Below are positions 50,683 through 60,239 of a DNA stretch of 64,000 bases, piece after piece. This DNA comes from an uncultured Candidatus Rokubacteria bacterium. Lineage in GTDB: Bacteria > Methylomirabilota > Methylomirabilia > Rokubacteriales > CSP1-6. The translations under genes and the position numbers were made by a program. Under the pieces are notes generated by a model. That model had not been told where the DNA came from and did not search any database. It was given only the letters and a program-made list of their open reading frames with translations. Every line of letters begins with the position of its first letter. Position 1 is the stretch's first letter. The stretch covers positions 864,001 to 928,000 of the forward strand of contig CAVWWD010000008.1 in the NCBI GenBank assembly GCA_963758635.1. The letters run 5' to 3'.

Positions 50683-53029
50683 TCAGTCTGATGCGCGGGG
50701 CTCATTGGCCCGCGCCTCCTGGAGGGCCTGCCAGACGCGCGGGGCCGAGACCGGCATGTCCAGCTCGCGCACGCCGAGCGGAGCCAGCGCGTTCATGACG
50801 GCGGTCACGACGACGGGCAGCGCGCCCACGGTGCCCGCCTCCCCGGCGCCCTTGGCGCCCATCGGGTTCAGCTTGGTCGGCACCGGGCTCGACTCGATCA
50901 CCATGTCGCAGAAGTCGTCGGCCCGCGGCATCGCGTACTCCATGAACGACGCGCTCAGGAGCTGGCCCGAGTCGCGCTCGTACACGACCTGCTCCATGAG
51001 CGCCTGGCCCACGCCCTGGGCGATGCCGCCGTGGACCTGGCCCTTCAGCGTGAGCGGGTTGATCACGGTGCCGACGTCGTCCACGACCACGTAGCTGGCG
51101 AGCGTGACCGCGCCGGTGTCGGGGTCGATCTCCACCTCGCACACGTGGCAGCCGTTCGGCCACGTGTCCTGCTTGGGCACGAACGTGCCCGTCTCGTAGA
51201 GGCCGGGCTCGAGGCCCGGCGGGAGCTGGTTCGTCACGAACGCGGCCTTCGCGACCTGGGTGATGGTCACCGCGCGATCGGTGCCCGCCACCGTGAAGCG
51301 GCCGTCGGCGAACCCGATGTCCGCCTCGGCGGCCTCGAGGAGCCGCGCGGCGATCTTCTTCCCCTTGGCGATGACCTTGTCCGCCGCCGTCCAGAGCGCG
51401 CTGCCGCCGATCACCGTGGAGCGCGAGCCCATGCTCCCCATGCCGAAGCCCACGCGGTCGGTGTCGCCGTCGATGTAGCGTACCTGCGCGGGGTCCAGGC
51501 CCAGCCGCTCGTGGAGGATCTGCTTGAACGTCGTCTCGTGGCCCTGGCCCTGGTTCTTGGTGCCCATGAACACGGTGGCGCTGCCGCCCGGGCTGAAGCG
51601 GATCTCGGCGAACTCGGGCTGCGGCCCGGCCGCGCGCTCGATGGCGTTGACCACGCCGATGCCGCGGAGCTTGCCGCGCTTCTCGGACGCGGCCCGGCGC
51701 GCCGCGAAGCCGGCCACGTCGGCTAGCTTGAGCGCGCGGTCCATGCTGGTCTCGAAGTCGCCGCAGTCGTAGGTCACGCCGAGGGGGTTCTTCCACGGCA
51801 TCGCGGAGGCGGGGATGAGGTTCATCCGCCTGAGCTCGATGGGATCGCGGCCGAGCTCGCGCGCGGCGTCGTCGATCAGCCGCTCGAGCACGTACGTCGC
51901 CTCGGGCCGGCCCGCGCCCCGGTACGGCGCGGTGGCGCTCGTGTTCGTCATGACGCAGCTCACGTGCACGTAGGCGGTGGGGAACGCGTAGACGCCGGCC
52001 AGCGTGACCACGTTGCCGAAGGTGGCGAGGAGGTTCCGGTCGGACGAGACGTAGGCGCCGACGTTGGCGAGCGTCCGCACGCGGATGGCCAGGAAGCGGC
52101 CGTCGGCGTCCAGGGCCAGCTCCGCCTCGCTCACGTTGTCGCGCGCATGCTCGTCGGAGGGGATGGCCTCGCGCCGCTCGCAGGCCCAGCGGACGGGCCG
52201 CTTGATCTTCCGCGCCGCCCACAGCACGAGACGGTGTTCTGGATACTGCCAGCCCTTGGTGCCGAAGCCCCCGCCCACGTCGCCCGCGATGACGCGCACC
52301 TGGTGCTCGGGCACCTTGAAGATGTTGGTGGCGAGCGCGGAGCGGACGCGGTGGGGGTACTGCACGTCCGCGTAGAGCGTGTAGCGCTCCTCGCCGGGGT
52401 CGTAGACGCCCATGGCGCCGCGGGGCTCCATGTACTGGGCGTGGACGCGGGTGATGACGTAGCGGCGCCGCACCACGCGGTGGGCGCGCGCGAAGGCCTC
52501 GTCGGTGGCCGTCTTGTTCCCGGCCTCGAAGATGTTCGACACGTTGTCCGGGCACTCGTCCCACACCGCGGCGCAGCCCGGCTGGCCGACGTCCGCGGTG
52601 GTGGTCACCGACGGGCAGCGGCTCGTAGTCCACGTCGACCAGGTCGGCGGCATCCTCGGCCTGGGCGAGCGTCTGCGCGATGACGAGGGCCACGGGATCG
52701 CCCACGTAGCGGACGCGGTCCTCGGTGAGCCCGCGGTGGGGCCGCGCGAACATGGGCGAGCCGTCCGGACGCTTGCGCGGCAGCGTCATCTGCATCGTGC
52801 CGAGCTTGTCCTTGGCGAGATCGGCGCCGGTGAACACCGCGGTCACGCCGGGCGCCCGGCGCGCGGCGGCGGTGTCGATGCCGCGGATCCGCGCGTGCGC
52901 GTGAGGCGAGCGCACCACCACCATCCACGTCTGCCCCGGCAGCGTCATGTCACCGAGGTAGCGGCCCTCGCCGCGGACGAGACGGGGGTCCTCGAAGCGC
53001 GCCACGGACTGTCCGATGCCGAATTTCAT
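50683..53029 (-). CDS. Xanthine dehydrogenase family molybdopterin-binding (large) subunit
   Basis: RFEDPRLVRG, RSPHAHA, VGGGFG, PYRGAGRPE, QGQGHET, GAKGAGE. Frameshift near 52610. Confidence 0.92.
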
Positions 53030-53178
53030 GGGCCGTCCCTTCGGTGTGAGGTCGAGATCGCCGCGCGCGCGGCTCGCGCGTGGTCCGGGACGCATTCTAG
53101 CCCGGATTGCCCGCTGGCGATCGTCCCCGCCGGAGGCGGCAGGGCGGGGCCGGCCCCGCCCGGGGCCGGCCCCCGAGA

Positions 53179-53718
53179 TCAGGCGGCGCGGAGCGTGGGC
53201 TCGCCCGCCCGCCAGTTGCAGGGGCAGAGCTCGCCGGTCTGGAGCGCGTCGAGCACGCGCAGCACCTCGTCGACGTTGCGGCCGACCGAGAGGTCGTTGA
53301 CGCTGGCGAAGCGGATCACGCCCTCGGGATCGGCGATGAACGTGGCCCGGAGCGGCACGCCCTCGTCCTTGTGGAGGATGCCGAGCGCGCTCGACAGCTC
53401 GCGCTTCGTGTCGGCCAGCATGGGGTAGGGAAGGCTGCGCAGGTCCGGATGGTCGCGGCGCCAGGCGAGATGGACGAAGTGGGTGTCCGTGCTCATGCCC
53501 AGCACCTGGGCGTTCTTCTCGGCGAACTCGCCGTGACGCTTGCCGAACTCCGCGATCTCGGTCGGGCAGACGAACGTGAAGTCCATGGGCCACGCGAACA
53601 GCACCAGCCACTTGCCGGGATGGCTCCGGCTCGTGATCCGGGCGAACTCGCGGCCGGGGTCGGCGCTCACCGTGGCGTGCAGATCGAACTCGGGCAGACG
53701 GTCTCCGACTGTCAGCAT
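53179..53718 (-). CDS. ahpC: Peroxiredoxin (2-Cys, AhpC type)
   Basis: DFTFVCPTEI, VGRNVDEVLR, ELCPCNW. Confidence 0.92.
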   Translation of the reverse strand: MLTVGDRLPEFDLHATVSADPGREFARITSRSHPGKWLVLFAWPMDFTFVCPTEIAEFGKRHGEFAEKNAQVLGMSTDTHFVHLAWRRDHPDLRSLPYPMLADTKRELSSALGILHKDEGVPLRATFIADPEGVIRFASVNDLSVGRNVDEVLRVLDALQTGELCPCNWRAGEPTLRAA

Positions 53719-53924
53719 GAAATGGTCTCCTGTACGCGGCGGGCCGCCGCGCGATCGATGTCCTGGCTTCGGAGGTTGGGACGCGGCGGCGCGGACCGGG
53801 GATTCGGGGCTCGACTAAGAACGAATGTTAGCGCGCCCTAACTGTGAGGAGACCGGCGGCCGGCTTCGGAGGAGAGACGGCCGCGCCGCCGGCCGGAGCG
53901 GCGGCGCGGCCGAGGATCATCGGG

Positions 53925-54977
53925 TCAGGCGCAGGCCAGCGCGTACACGTCCTTGACGCCCTCGGGCAGCGGGTACTCGTGCCACGTCCGCCCGCCGTCC
54001 TGGGTGCCGAACACCTGGCCGAGGCGGCTCGCGCAGTAGACCTGCTCGGGATCGCGGCCATGGAGCGCCAGCGCCATCATCGTGCTGTTCGCCTTGATGC
54101 CGTGGTCGAGCCGCTTCCAGGTCTGGCCGAGGTCCGTGCTCCGGTAGAGCGAGCCGTCCTCGCTCCGCGCCGCCGGGCTCAGGCAGGCGTAGAGCTGCCG
54201 CGGATCGTGCGGCGACACGTGCACGTCGCGCGCGTAGGTCAGCGGCGAGAACCGACCCACTTCCATGTCGTCCCAGGTCTTGCCCTGGTCCGCGCTCCGG
54301 AACAGGCCCATGCGCACGGCGAGGAACACCGTGCCCGCCTGGGCCCCGCTCACGCAGAGCGCGTGGCCGTCCATCATGCCCTCGATCTCGGTGTCGCTCT
54401 GGATGCGGCTCTTGAGGTGCGGCCGCTCGGCCAGCTTCACCAGGTCGTCGCTGCAGTCGCTCCACGTCTCGCCGCCGTCGAGGCTCCGGATGACGCCGCC
54501 CACTTCCACGGCCGCGTAGACCTCGTCGGGTCGGCTCGGGTCCACGGCCAGCCGCATGATGCGGCAGGGGAACTCCATCTTCACGCGCTCGGGGACGGTG
54601 GCGGAGGCCAGGTGGCGCCAGGTGTCGCCGCCGTCGTCGCTCCGGTACACGCCCACGGGCGCCGTCCCGAGGTACAGGGTGCGAGGCTTCGTGGGGTGGA
54701 CCTGGATCGCCCACACCTCGAGGCCCTCGGGGAAGGAGAGGCGCTGCCAGCTCTCGCCCCCGTCGGTGCTGCGATAGGGGCCGCTCCGCGTTCCCAGGTA
54801 CATGAGCTTCGGATCCTGGGGATGCACGGTGATCGACTGCACGTCGGTGCGCTCGGGCAGGCCCTTCTCGATCGCCTCCCACTCGCCCGCGCCGGGGCCC
54901 CGGCGGAAGAGCCCGCCGCGCGTCGTGCGTCCCGAGCGGGCGGCGCCCGCGTAGATGTGCGTGGTCTGCGTGGTCAT
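53925..54977 (-). CDS. BNR/Asp-box beta-propeller protein
   Basis: Repeated RSxDGGxTW Asp-boxes. Confidence 0.85.
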   Translation of the reverse strand: MTTQTTHIYAGAARSGRTTRGGLFRRGPGAGEWEAIEKGLPERTDVQSITVHPQDPKLMYLGTRSGPYRSTDGGESWQRLSFPEGLEVWAIQVHPTKPRTLYLGTAPVGVYRSDDGGDTWRHLASATVPERVKMEFPCRIMRLAVDPSRPDEVYAAVEVGGVIRSLDGGETWSDCSDDLVKLAERPHLKSRIQSDTEIEGMMDGHALCVSGAQAGTVFLAVRMGLFRSADQGKTWDDMEVGRFSPLTYARDVHVSPHDPRQLYACLSPAARSEDGSLYRSTDLGQTWKRLDHGIKANSTMMALALHGRDPEQVYCASRLGQVFGTQDGGRTWHEYPLPEGVKDVYALACA

Positions 54978-55089
54978 CGGTTCATCCTCCTCTCGCGTCG
55001 ATCAGGTGGTTCGAGCGCGGGCAGTTGGCGGCGCCACTGGCGCAAGGTGCGGGCGGGCGAAGCCCGGGCGCCCGCACCTGGTGAGCGAG

Positions 55090-56136
55090 CTATGCCCCGG
55101 GGCCGCGCTCCATCGAGTAGGGCTGCCACCGCTTGAGCTTCCCCTTCTCGAGCACCGACGGGTTCACGCAGCTCCGCGGCCACTTGCCGGAGAGCACGAG
55201 CGCGATCTCGTGTCCGACGCGGCGGAGCCGGGCGGCATCGAAGCGCGCGGACGCGGAGGCGACGTGAGCGGTGAGGATGACGTTGTCCATGCCCATGAGC
55301 GGATTGCCGGGCACGGGCGGCTCCTGCTCCAGCACGTCGAGGCCGGCGCCGGCGATCCAGCCTTCCTGGAGCGCCTTGATCAGCCCGGACTCGTCGACCG
55401 TGGGTCCGCGGCCGGTGTTGACGAAGAGCGCGGTGGGCTTCATCTGCCGGAAGTGCTCCTCGCGCAGCATGTGGTGCGCCTCCGGCGTGGCCGGCGCGTG
55501 CATCGTGATGATGTCGGACTTCTGGAGCACCTCGGAGAGGCTGGCCGGCTCCACGCCGTAGGGGCTCATCACCAGCTCCTCCACGAACGGGTCATAGGCG
55601 ATCATGCGCACGCCGAAGGGCCGGGCGCGCATGGCCACCGCGCGCGCCACGTGGCCGAAGGCGATGAAGCCGAGCGTCTGGCCCATGAGCCGCGGGATCT
55701 GGAGGAGCATCGGCCGCCCCTCCTTCCAGCGGTTCTCGCGCACGAGCCGATCCTGGACGACCAGGCGGCGGAACGTGGCGAGGATCAGCATCATCGCGTG
55801 GTCGGCGACCTCCTCGATGAAGGTGTCGGGCACGTTGGTGACGGGGATGCCGCGCTCCGTCGCCGCCGCCACGTCGACCGAGTCCACGCCGACGCTGCCG
55901 AGCGAGATGACCTTGCAGCGCTCGAGGCCGTCGATCATCGCCTTCGTGATGCGGCGTCCCTTCGCGTAGACGGCGTCGGCGTCCCGCGCCGCCTTGGCGA
56001 ACTCCGCCTCCGTGCCCGACGGGATCTCGACGATCTCCGCCCCGATGGGGCCGAGGGCCTCCATCTCCAGGTCGTAGGCCGCGCCCGCGGATCCGTAGCT
56101 CGTGCCTGCCGGAGTAGCCACCTTGAACTTCGCCAC
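55090..56136 (-). CDS. CtBP-like D-2-hydroxyacid dehydrogenase
   Basis: TNVPD..EEVADHA, AFGHVA, VNTGRG, GAGLDVLEQEP, LTAHVAS; RBS AAGGAGG. Confidence 0.9.
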   Translation of the reverse strand: MAKFKVATPAGTSYGSAGAAYDLEMEALGPIGAEIVEIPSGTEAEFAKAARDADAVYAKGRRITKAMIDGLERCKVISLGSVGVDSVDVAAATERGIPVTNVPDTFIEEVADHAMMLILATFRRLVVQDRLVRENRWKEGRPMLLQIPRLMGQTLGFIAFGHVARAVAMRARPFGVRMIAYDPFVEELVMSPYGVEPASLSEVLQKSDIITMHAPATPEAHHMLREEHFRQMKPTALFVNTGRGPTVDESGLIKALQEGWIAGAGLDVLEQEPPVPGNPLMGMDNVILTAHVASASARFDAARLRRVGHEIALVLSGKWPRSCVNPSVLEKGKLKRWQPYSMERGPGA

Positions 56137-56226
56137 GCTGTCGCCTCCTTGGGGTGAGGTGTGCGGTCCAGGGGTCGGTTATAGAACCTTTCCGGCTGCA
56201 TTTCCACATGCGTACTGCTTGCGGGC

Positions 56227-56282
56227 GGTTGGTTCCACTGCATTTCCATATGCGCTCCGCTCGCCTTCGGCTCGCTGCGCAA
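56227..56282 (-). repeat. 56-bp intergenic element, copy 1
   Basis: 52/56 identical to the reverse complement of 59629-59684. Confidence 0.88.
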
Positions 56283-56300
56283 AGCAGGTCGCTGCGCAAA

Positions 56301-57982
56301 TCAAGTGCCCGTTTCACCGCCGTCGCCGGGGTCGGGAACTCGTCGGGATCGATCGGCACCTCCACGATGGCGGGCTTGCCGCAGGCGAGCGCGGCGCGGA
56401 TCACGTCGCCGACCTGGTCGGCGTGCTCCACGTGGTAGCCCTCGGCCCCGAAGAGGCGCGCGAACTGGTCGTAGCGCGGGTTGGCGATGTCGCAGCCGAT
56501 GTAGCGCTCGTGATAGAAGTGCTTCTGGTACGCCTTCTCCGATCCCCAGCAGTTGTTGTTCATCACGAGGGTCACCGCGTTGATGCCGTGGCGCACCGCC
56601 GTCTCGATCTCCTGCGCGTTCATGAGGAAGCCGCCGTCGCCGTGGATGGCGAGCACCGGGGCGTCGGGCCGGCCGAGCTTGGCGCCGAGCGCCTCGGGGA
56701 AGGCGAAGCCGAGCCCGCCCAGGTCGAGCGGCGTGAGGAACGTCCGCGGGCGTGAGAAGTTCAGCCGGTCGTAGCCGTAGGCGGGCGCCGCCCCGGCGTC
56801 GAGGGCGACGATGGTGTCGGCGGGCAGGGCGCGGCGGAGCTCCGCGTACACGCGCTGCGGCTTCAGCGGCGCGGTGGAGAGCGTCGCCTCCGCCTCGAGG
56901 CGCGCGCGGCGCTTGTCGCGGAACGCCTCGGCCTCGAGGCGCCACGCGGGCCGGGGCGGCGGGGCGCCCTCGCGGCCCAGCGCCTCCAGGAGGGCGCGGC
57001 ACGCCTCGCGCGCGTCGGCCTGGATGCCGACGGCCAGCGGGTAGTAGCGGCCGATGTCGCGCGCCTCCACGTCGATCTGGACGATCCGCGTCTCCGGGCG
57101 CAGGTAGCGGTCGTCGAAGTGCGTGGTGAACTGGCCGAGTCGCGAGCCGATGACCAGCACGACGTCGGCGCGGCGGCACGCCGAGGCCGCCTCCGGCGAT
57201 CCGGCGCGGCCGAGGGGGCCCACGTAGAGCGGGTGGGCGCTCGGCACCGCGTCGTTCCGGCCGTAGGCGGTGATCATCGGGATCCCGTGCTGCTCGGCCA
57301 GCCGCACCACCAGCTCGTTGGCGTCGGCCCACGTGGCGCCGCCGCCCACCAGGAGGAGCGGGCGCTCGGCCTGGCGGATGAGCCGGGCCGCCTCGCGGAT
57401 GGCGTCGGGATGCGGCGGGGCGGCGTACGTCGAGCGGTAGCCGGCCGGCGGGGCCGCCGCGGGGGCCGAAGGCAAGGGCGCGGCGAGCACGTCGCGCGGG
57501 ATCTCGACGAGCACCGGTCCGCGCCGCCCGCTCATGGCCGCGCGGAGCGCGTCGTGGAGCGTCTCGGCGATGCGCGCGGGCGAGTTCACCTGCACGGCGA
57601 GCTTGGTGACGGGACGGAACATGCTCACGAGGTCGTAGTCCTGGAAGGCGTCGCGCTGGTAGTGCTCGAGCATGACGCCGCCGACCAGGGCCACCACCGG
57701 GGAGTGCGCGACGTGGGCGGCCGCGATGCCGGTGAGCAGGTTCGTGGCCCCGGGCCCGCTCGTGACCAGGCAGACGCCGGGAGTGCCGGTGACGCGGGCG
57801 AGGCCGTCGGCCATGAACGCGGCGGCCTGCTCGTGCCGGACGTTGATGTACTCGATGCTGTGATCGTCGTAGAGGGCGTCGAGGACGTCGAGGAACGTGG
57901 AGCCGACGATCCCGAAGATGTACCGCACGCCTTCTGCCTTCAGCAGCTCGACCACCGCGCGGCCGCCCGTCGCATCGCTCAT
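56301..57982 (-). CDS. Thiamine pyrophosphate-dependent enzyme (sulfoacetaldehyde acetyltransferase-like)
   Basis: GIVGSTFLD, RHEQAAAFMADG, HSPVV, GDGGF...NN TPP motif, WGSEKAYQKHFY. Exact stop uncertain (nearest TGA is out of frame). Confidence 0.85.
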
Positions 57983-58053
57983 GTTCTGGTCTCCTCTGTC
58001 GCTTACTCCCCGACTCCACGCTTCATCGCCCCTCCGGCGACTCGCGCGAGGGC

Positions 58054-58201
58054 GGGGGCGGCGGGGAGGCACCGGGGGTCCCGGAACCACGCCGCACGCG
58101 TCCGCTGCCCGGCTGGGGCTGGGCTCCATCCGGGCACGGGAGGTCCGTCGCCGGATGGAGGGGAAGGGCTCCGGGACCCCCGGTGCCTCCCCACCGCCCC
58201 C
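58054..58201. repeat. MITE/REP-like element with 35-bp terminal inverted repeats
   Basis: GGGGGCGGCGGGGAGGCACCGGGGGTCCCGGAACC (58054-58088) vs reverse complement of 58167-58201: 33/35 identical. Confidence 0.8.
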
Positions 58202-58241
58202 CAGGCATCGCGCTACCGACAGTCTGGTCGGCGCTGCAAAT

Positions 58242-58994
58242 TCAGATCGCCAGGTAGCCGCCGTCGACGGCGAGCTCGGCCCCGGTGATGTACGAGGCCT
58301 CGTCGGAGGCCAGGAACAGGACGGCGTACGCCACCTCCTCGACGCGGCCCTCGCGGCGCAGCGGCACGCCGCGGAGCATGCGCGCGCGGCGCTCCGGGTC
58401 GGCGGTGACCGTCGACGTGCGCATGGGCGGCAGCACGCCGGGGTGCACCGAGTTCACGCGGATGCCGTCCTTCGCGAACTGCACGGCCGCGGACTTGCTC
58501 ATGACGCGCACCGCGCCCTTCGAGGCGTTGTAGCCCATGTGGATGCCGTCCTGGCCCACGATCCCCGAGATCGACGAGATGTTCACGATCGAGCCGCCGC
58601 CGGCCCGGCGCATGGCGGGGATGGCCGTCTTCATGCCGAGGAAGACGCCCTTGGCGTTCACGTTCATGAGGGCGTCCCAGCCGGCCGTATCCATGGGATC
58701 GGTGGCGACGCCGCCGCTGATGCCCGCGTTGTTGACGAGGACGTTGAGCTTGCCGAAGACGCGCGCGGCCTCGGCCACCGCCGCCTCCCATTCCCGCTCA
58801 CTGGTGACGTTGAGGCGCGCGAACTGCGCCTTGCCGCCCGCCCCGGCGATCTCCTCGACGACCTTGCGCCCGTCGGCCTCGAGCATGTCGGCCACGACGA
58901 CGGCGGCGCCCTCGCGCGCGAACATCACCGCCTCGCACCGCCCCATGCCGCTGGCCCCGCCGGTGACGATGGCTACCTTGCCTGCGAGTCTCAT
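58242..58994 (-). CDS. Short-chain dehydrogenase/reductase (SDR)
   Basis: TGGASGMG, VNNAGI, YNASK, NSVHPG. Confidence 0.93.
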   Translation of the reverse strand: MRLAGKVAIVTGGASGMGRCEAVMFAREGAAVVVADMLEADGRKVVEEIAGAGGKAQFARLNVTSEREWEAAVAEAARVFGKLNVLVNNAGISGGVATDPMDTAGWDALMNVNAKGVFLGMKTAIPAMRRAGGGSIVNISSISGIVGQDGIHMGYNASKGAVRVMSKSAAVQFAKDGIRVNSVHPGVLPPMRTSTVTADPERRARMLRGVPLRREGRVEEVAYAVLFLASDEASYITGAELAVDGGYLAI

Positions 58995-59040
58995 GGAAGG
59001 CCTCCTTTGGCGCGTCGATTATCCACGAATCGTGGGCCCG

Positions 59041-59140
59041 GCGGCGTGCCGTTGCAACGGGCCCCGTGCCGTTGCAGCGGGCGCTGTCCCGATGCAACCG
59101 CCGGCCTGCCGTTGCAACCGCCGGCCTGCCGTTGCAATCC
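59041..59140. repeat. Five tandem 20-bp repeats (core GCCGTTGCAAC)
   Basis: Units start at 59041, 59061, 59081, 59101, 59121. Confidence 0.88.
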
Positions 59141-59192
59141 CGGCCGTTCTGCGATCAGATCGGGGCGGGCGGTCGCCCCAGGAGGAACGCGC

Positions 59193-59291
59193 GTGGCAGC
59201 AACCGCGGCGGTGCTGTACGAGGTCGGGAAGCCCCTGGTGGGCGTGCCCATGCTCACCGACCTCTACATACGAGTGAACGTCCGAGAGTGA
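59193..59291 (+). pseudogene. Internally deleted remnant of a Zn-dependent alcohol dehydrogenase
   Basis: RBS AGGAGG, then VAATAAVLYEVGKPLV (ADH N-terminus-like) fused to VPMLTDLY (resembles the C-terminal IPxLxDLY helix). Confidence 0.55.
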
Positions 59292-59307
59292 TTCCAGGAG
59301 GCCATGC

Positions 59308-59646
59308 GTGAGCGCGAAGCCCTACGTGTTCGAGTTCGGGATGGGCGTGGACGTGCACGGGGACGACGGCACCACGGCGGCGTGCCGCGGGGTGTCGGAC
59401 GCGATCCGGCACTCGAGCCTGCCGTTCTTCCGCGACGTGCGCGAGCGCGGCGGGCGGATGCTCGTGGACGTGACGGTGGGCGTGCCCGAGCCCGCCAAGG
59501 TGGACGTGCAGCGCGTGGCGCGCGAGCTGCCCCACGGTGAGGTCACGGTTCGCGCGGTGCCCGGGGGCCTCAAGGTGCCCGGCTCGGACACCGTGATCGC
59601 CTGTGTCGCCATCACGGTGAGCGTGGAATTGCGCAGCGAGCCGTAG
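59308..59646 (+). CDS. Lin0512 family protein
   Basis: EFGMGVDVHGDD.T.AA.R.V.DAIRHSSL, LPHG, GGL. Confidence 0.85.
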   Translation: MSAKPYVFEFGMGVDVHGDDGTTAACRGVSDAIRHSSLPFFRDVRERGGRMLVDVTVGVPEPAKVDVQRVARELPHGEVTVRAVPGGLKVPGSDTVIACVAITVSVELRSEP

Positions 59647-59684
59647 GCGAGCGGAGCGCACATGGAAATGAAGTGGAAACAACC
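59629..59684 (+). repeat. 56-bp element, copy 2 (contains the Lin0512 stop codon)
   Basis: Inverted copy of 56227-56282. Confidence 0.88.
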
Positions 59685-59708
59685 AACACCCGAGCGGAAG
59701 GACATGAC

Positions 59709-60167
59709 GTGAGCGCGACCACGGGGATCGGGCTCCGCCGACTCCAGCACCTGGTGCTGTGGGTCTCCGACGTGGAGCGCAGCGTGCGGTTCTATCGCGA
59801 CGTCCTCGGCTTCGAGGTGAAGTCCCAGCGCCGGGGCGGAGCCTTCCTGCGCATCCCGGGGAGTCCGGACGATCATCACCTGGGCCTGTTCGAGCAGACC
59901 GGCGTCCCCGGTCCGGACGAGGGCGTGGCGCGCATGTACCACTCGGCCTGGGAGGTGGGGGAGCTGACCGACCTCGCGCGAGCGCGGGAGCGGCTTTTCG
60001 CCGCGGGCGCCCTCGTCGGCGAGTCGGACCATGGCGTCAGCTTGTCGCTCTACGCCCGGGACCCCGACGGACTCGAGTTCGAGATCTTCTGGACCGTGCC
60101 CGGCGGCACTCCCGTGGGTACCCGCCGCCTCGATCTCCGCGCCGAGCTGTCCCGCCGCGGCCTCTAG
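59709..60167 (+). CDS. VOC family protein
   Basis: LQHLVLWVSDVERSVRFYRDVLGF, HHLGLF, YHSAW, SLYARDPDGLEFE. Start approximate. Confidence 0.88.
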   Translation: MSATTGIGLRRLQHLVLWVSDVERSVRFYRDVLGFEVKSQRRGGAFLRIPGSPDDHHLGLFEQTGVPGPDEGVARMYHSAWEVGELTDLARARERLFAAGALVGESDHGVSLSLYARDPDGLEFEIFWTVPGGTPVGTRRLDLRAELSRRGL

Positions 60168-60239
60168 ACTTCCGCCCCGCGTTCGGGCTCAGCCGGCGCA
60201 CGGCTCGACGCGAGAGCGGAGGGCCGCGCGCGCTCCGCC

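Noticed and set aside
1634..53029. Programmed frameshifting or mass pseudogenisation in many genes
   Set aside because: Single-base shifts are scattered through ordinary genes (recQ, RND, thiolase, SBP56) with motifs intact on both sides; long-read indel error is the simpler explanation.
50683..53029. Aerobic CO dehydrogenase CoxL (form I)
   Set aside because: Lacks the AYxCSFR motif and coxM/coxS neighbours.
53827..53842. GTTAG-N6-CTAAC palindrome upstream of ahpC
   Set aside because: Too short to assign to a regulator without comparative data.
59041..59140. CRISPR array or sigma54 promoter
   Set aside because: The 20-bp period leaves no spacer-length unique sequence and no cas genes are present; GG-to-GC spacing is 13 nt, not the 10 nt required for sigma54.
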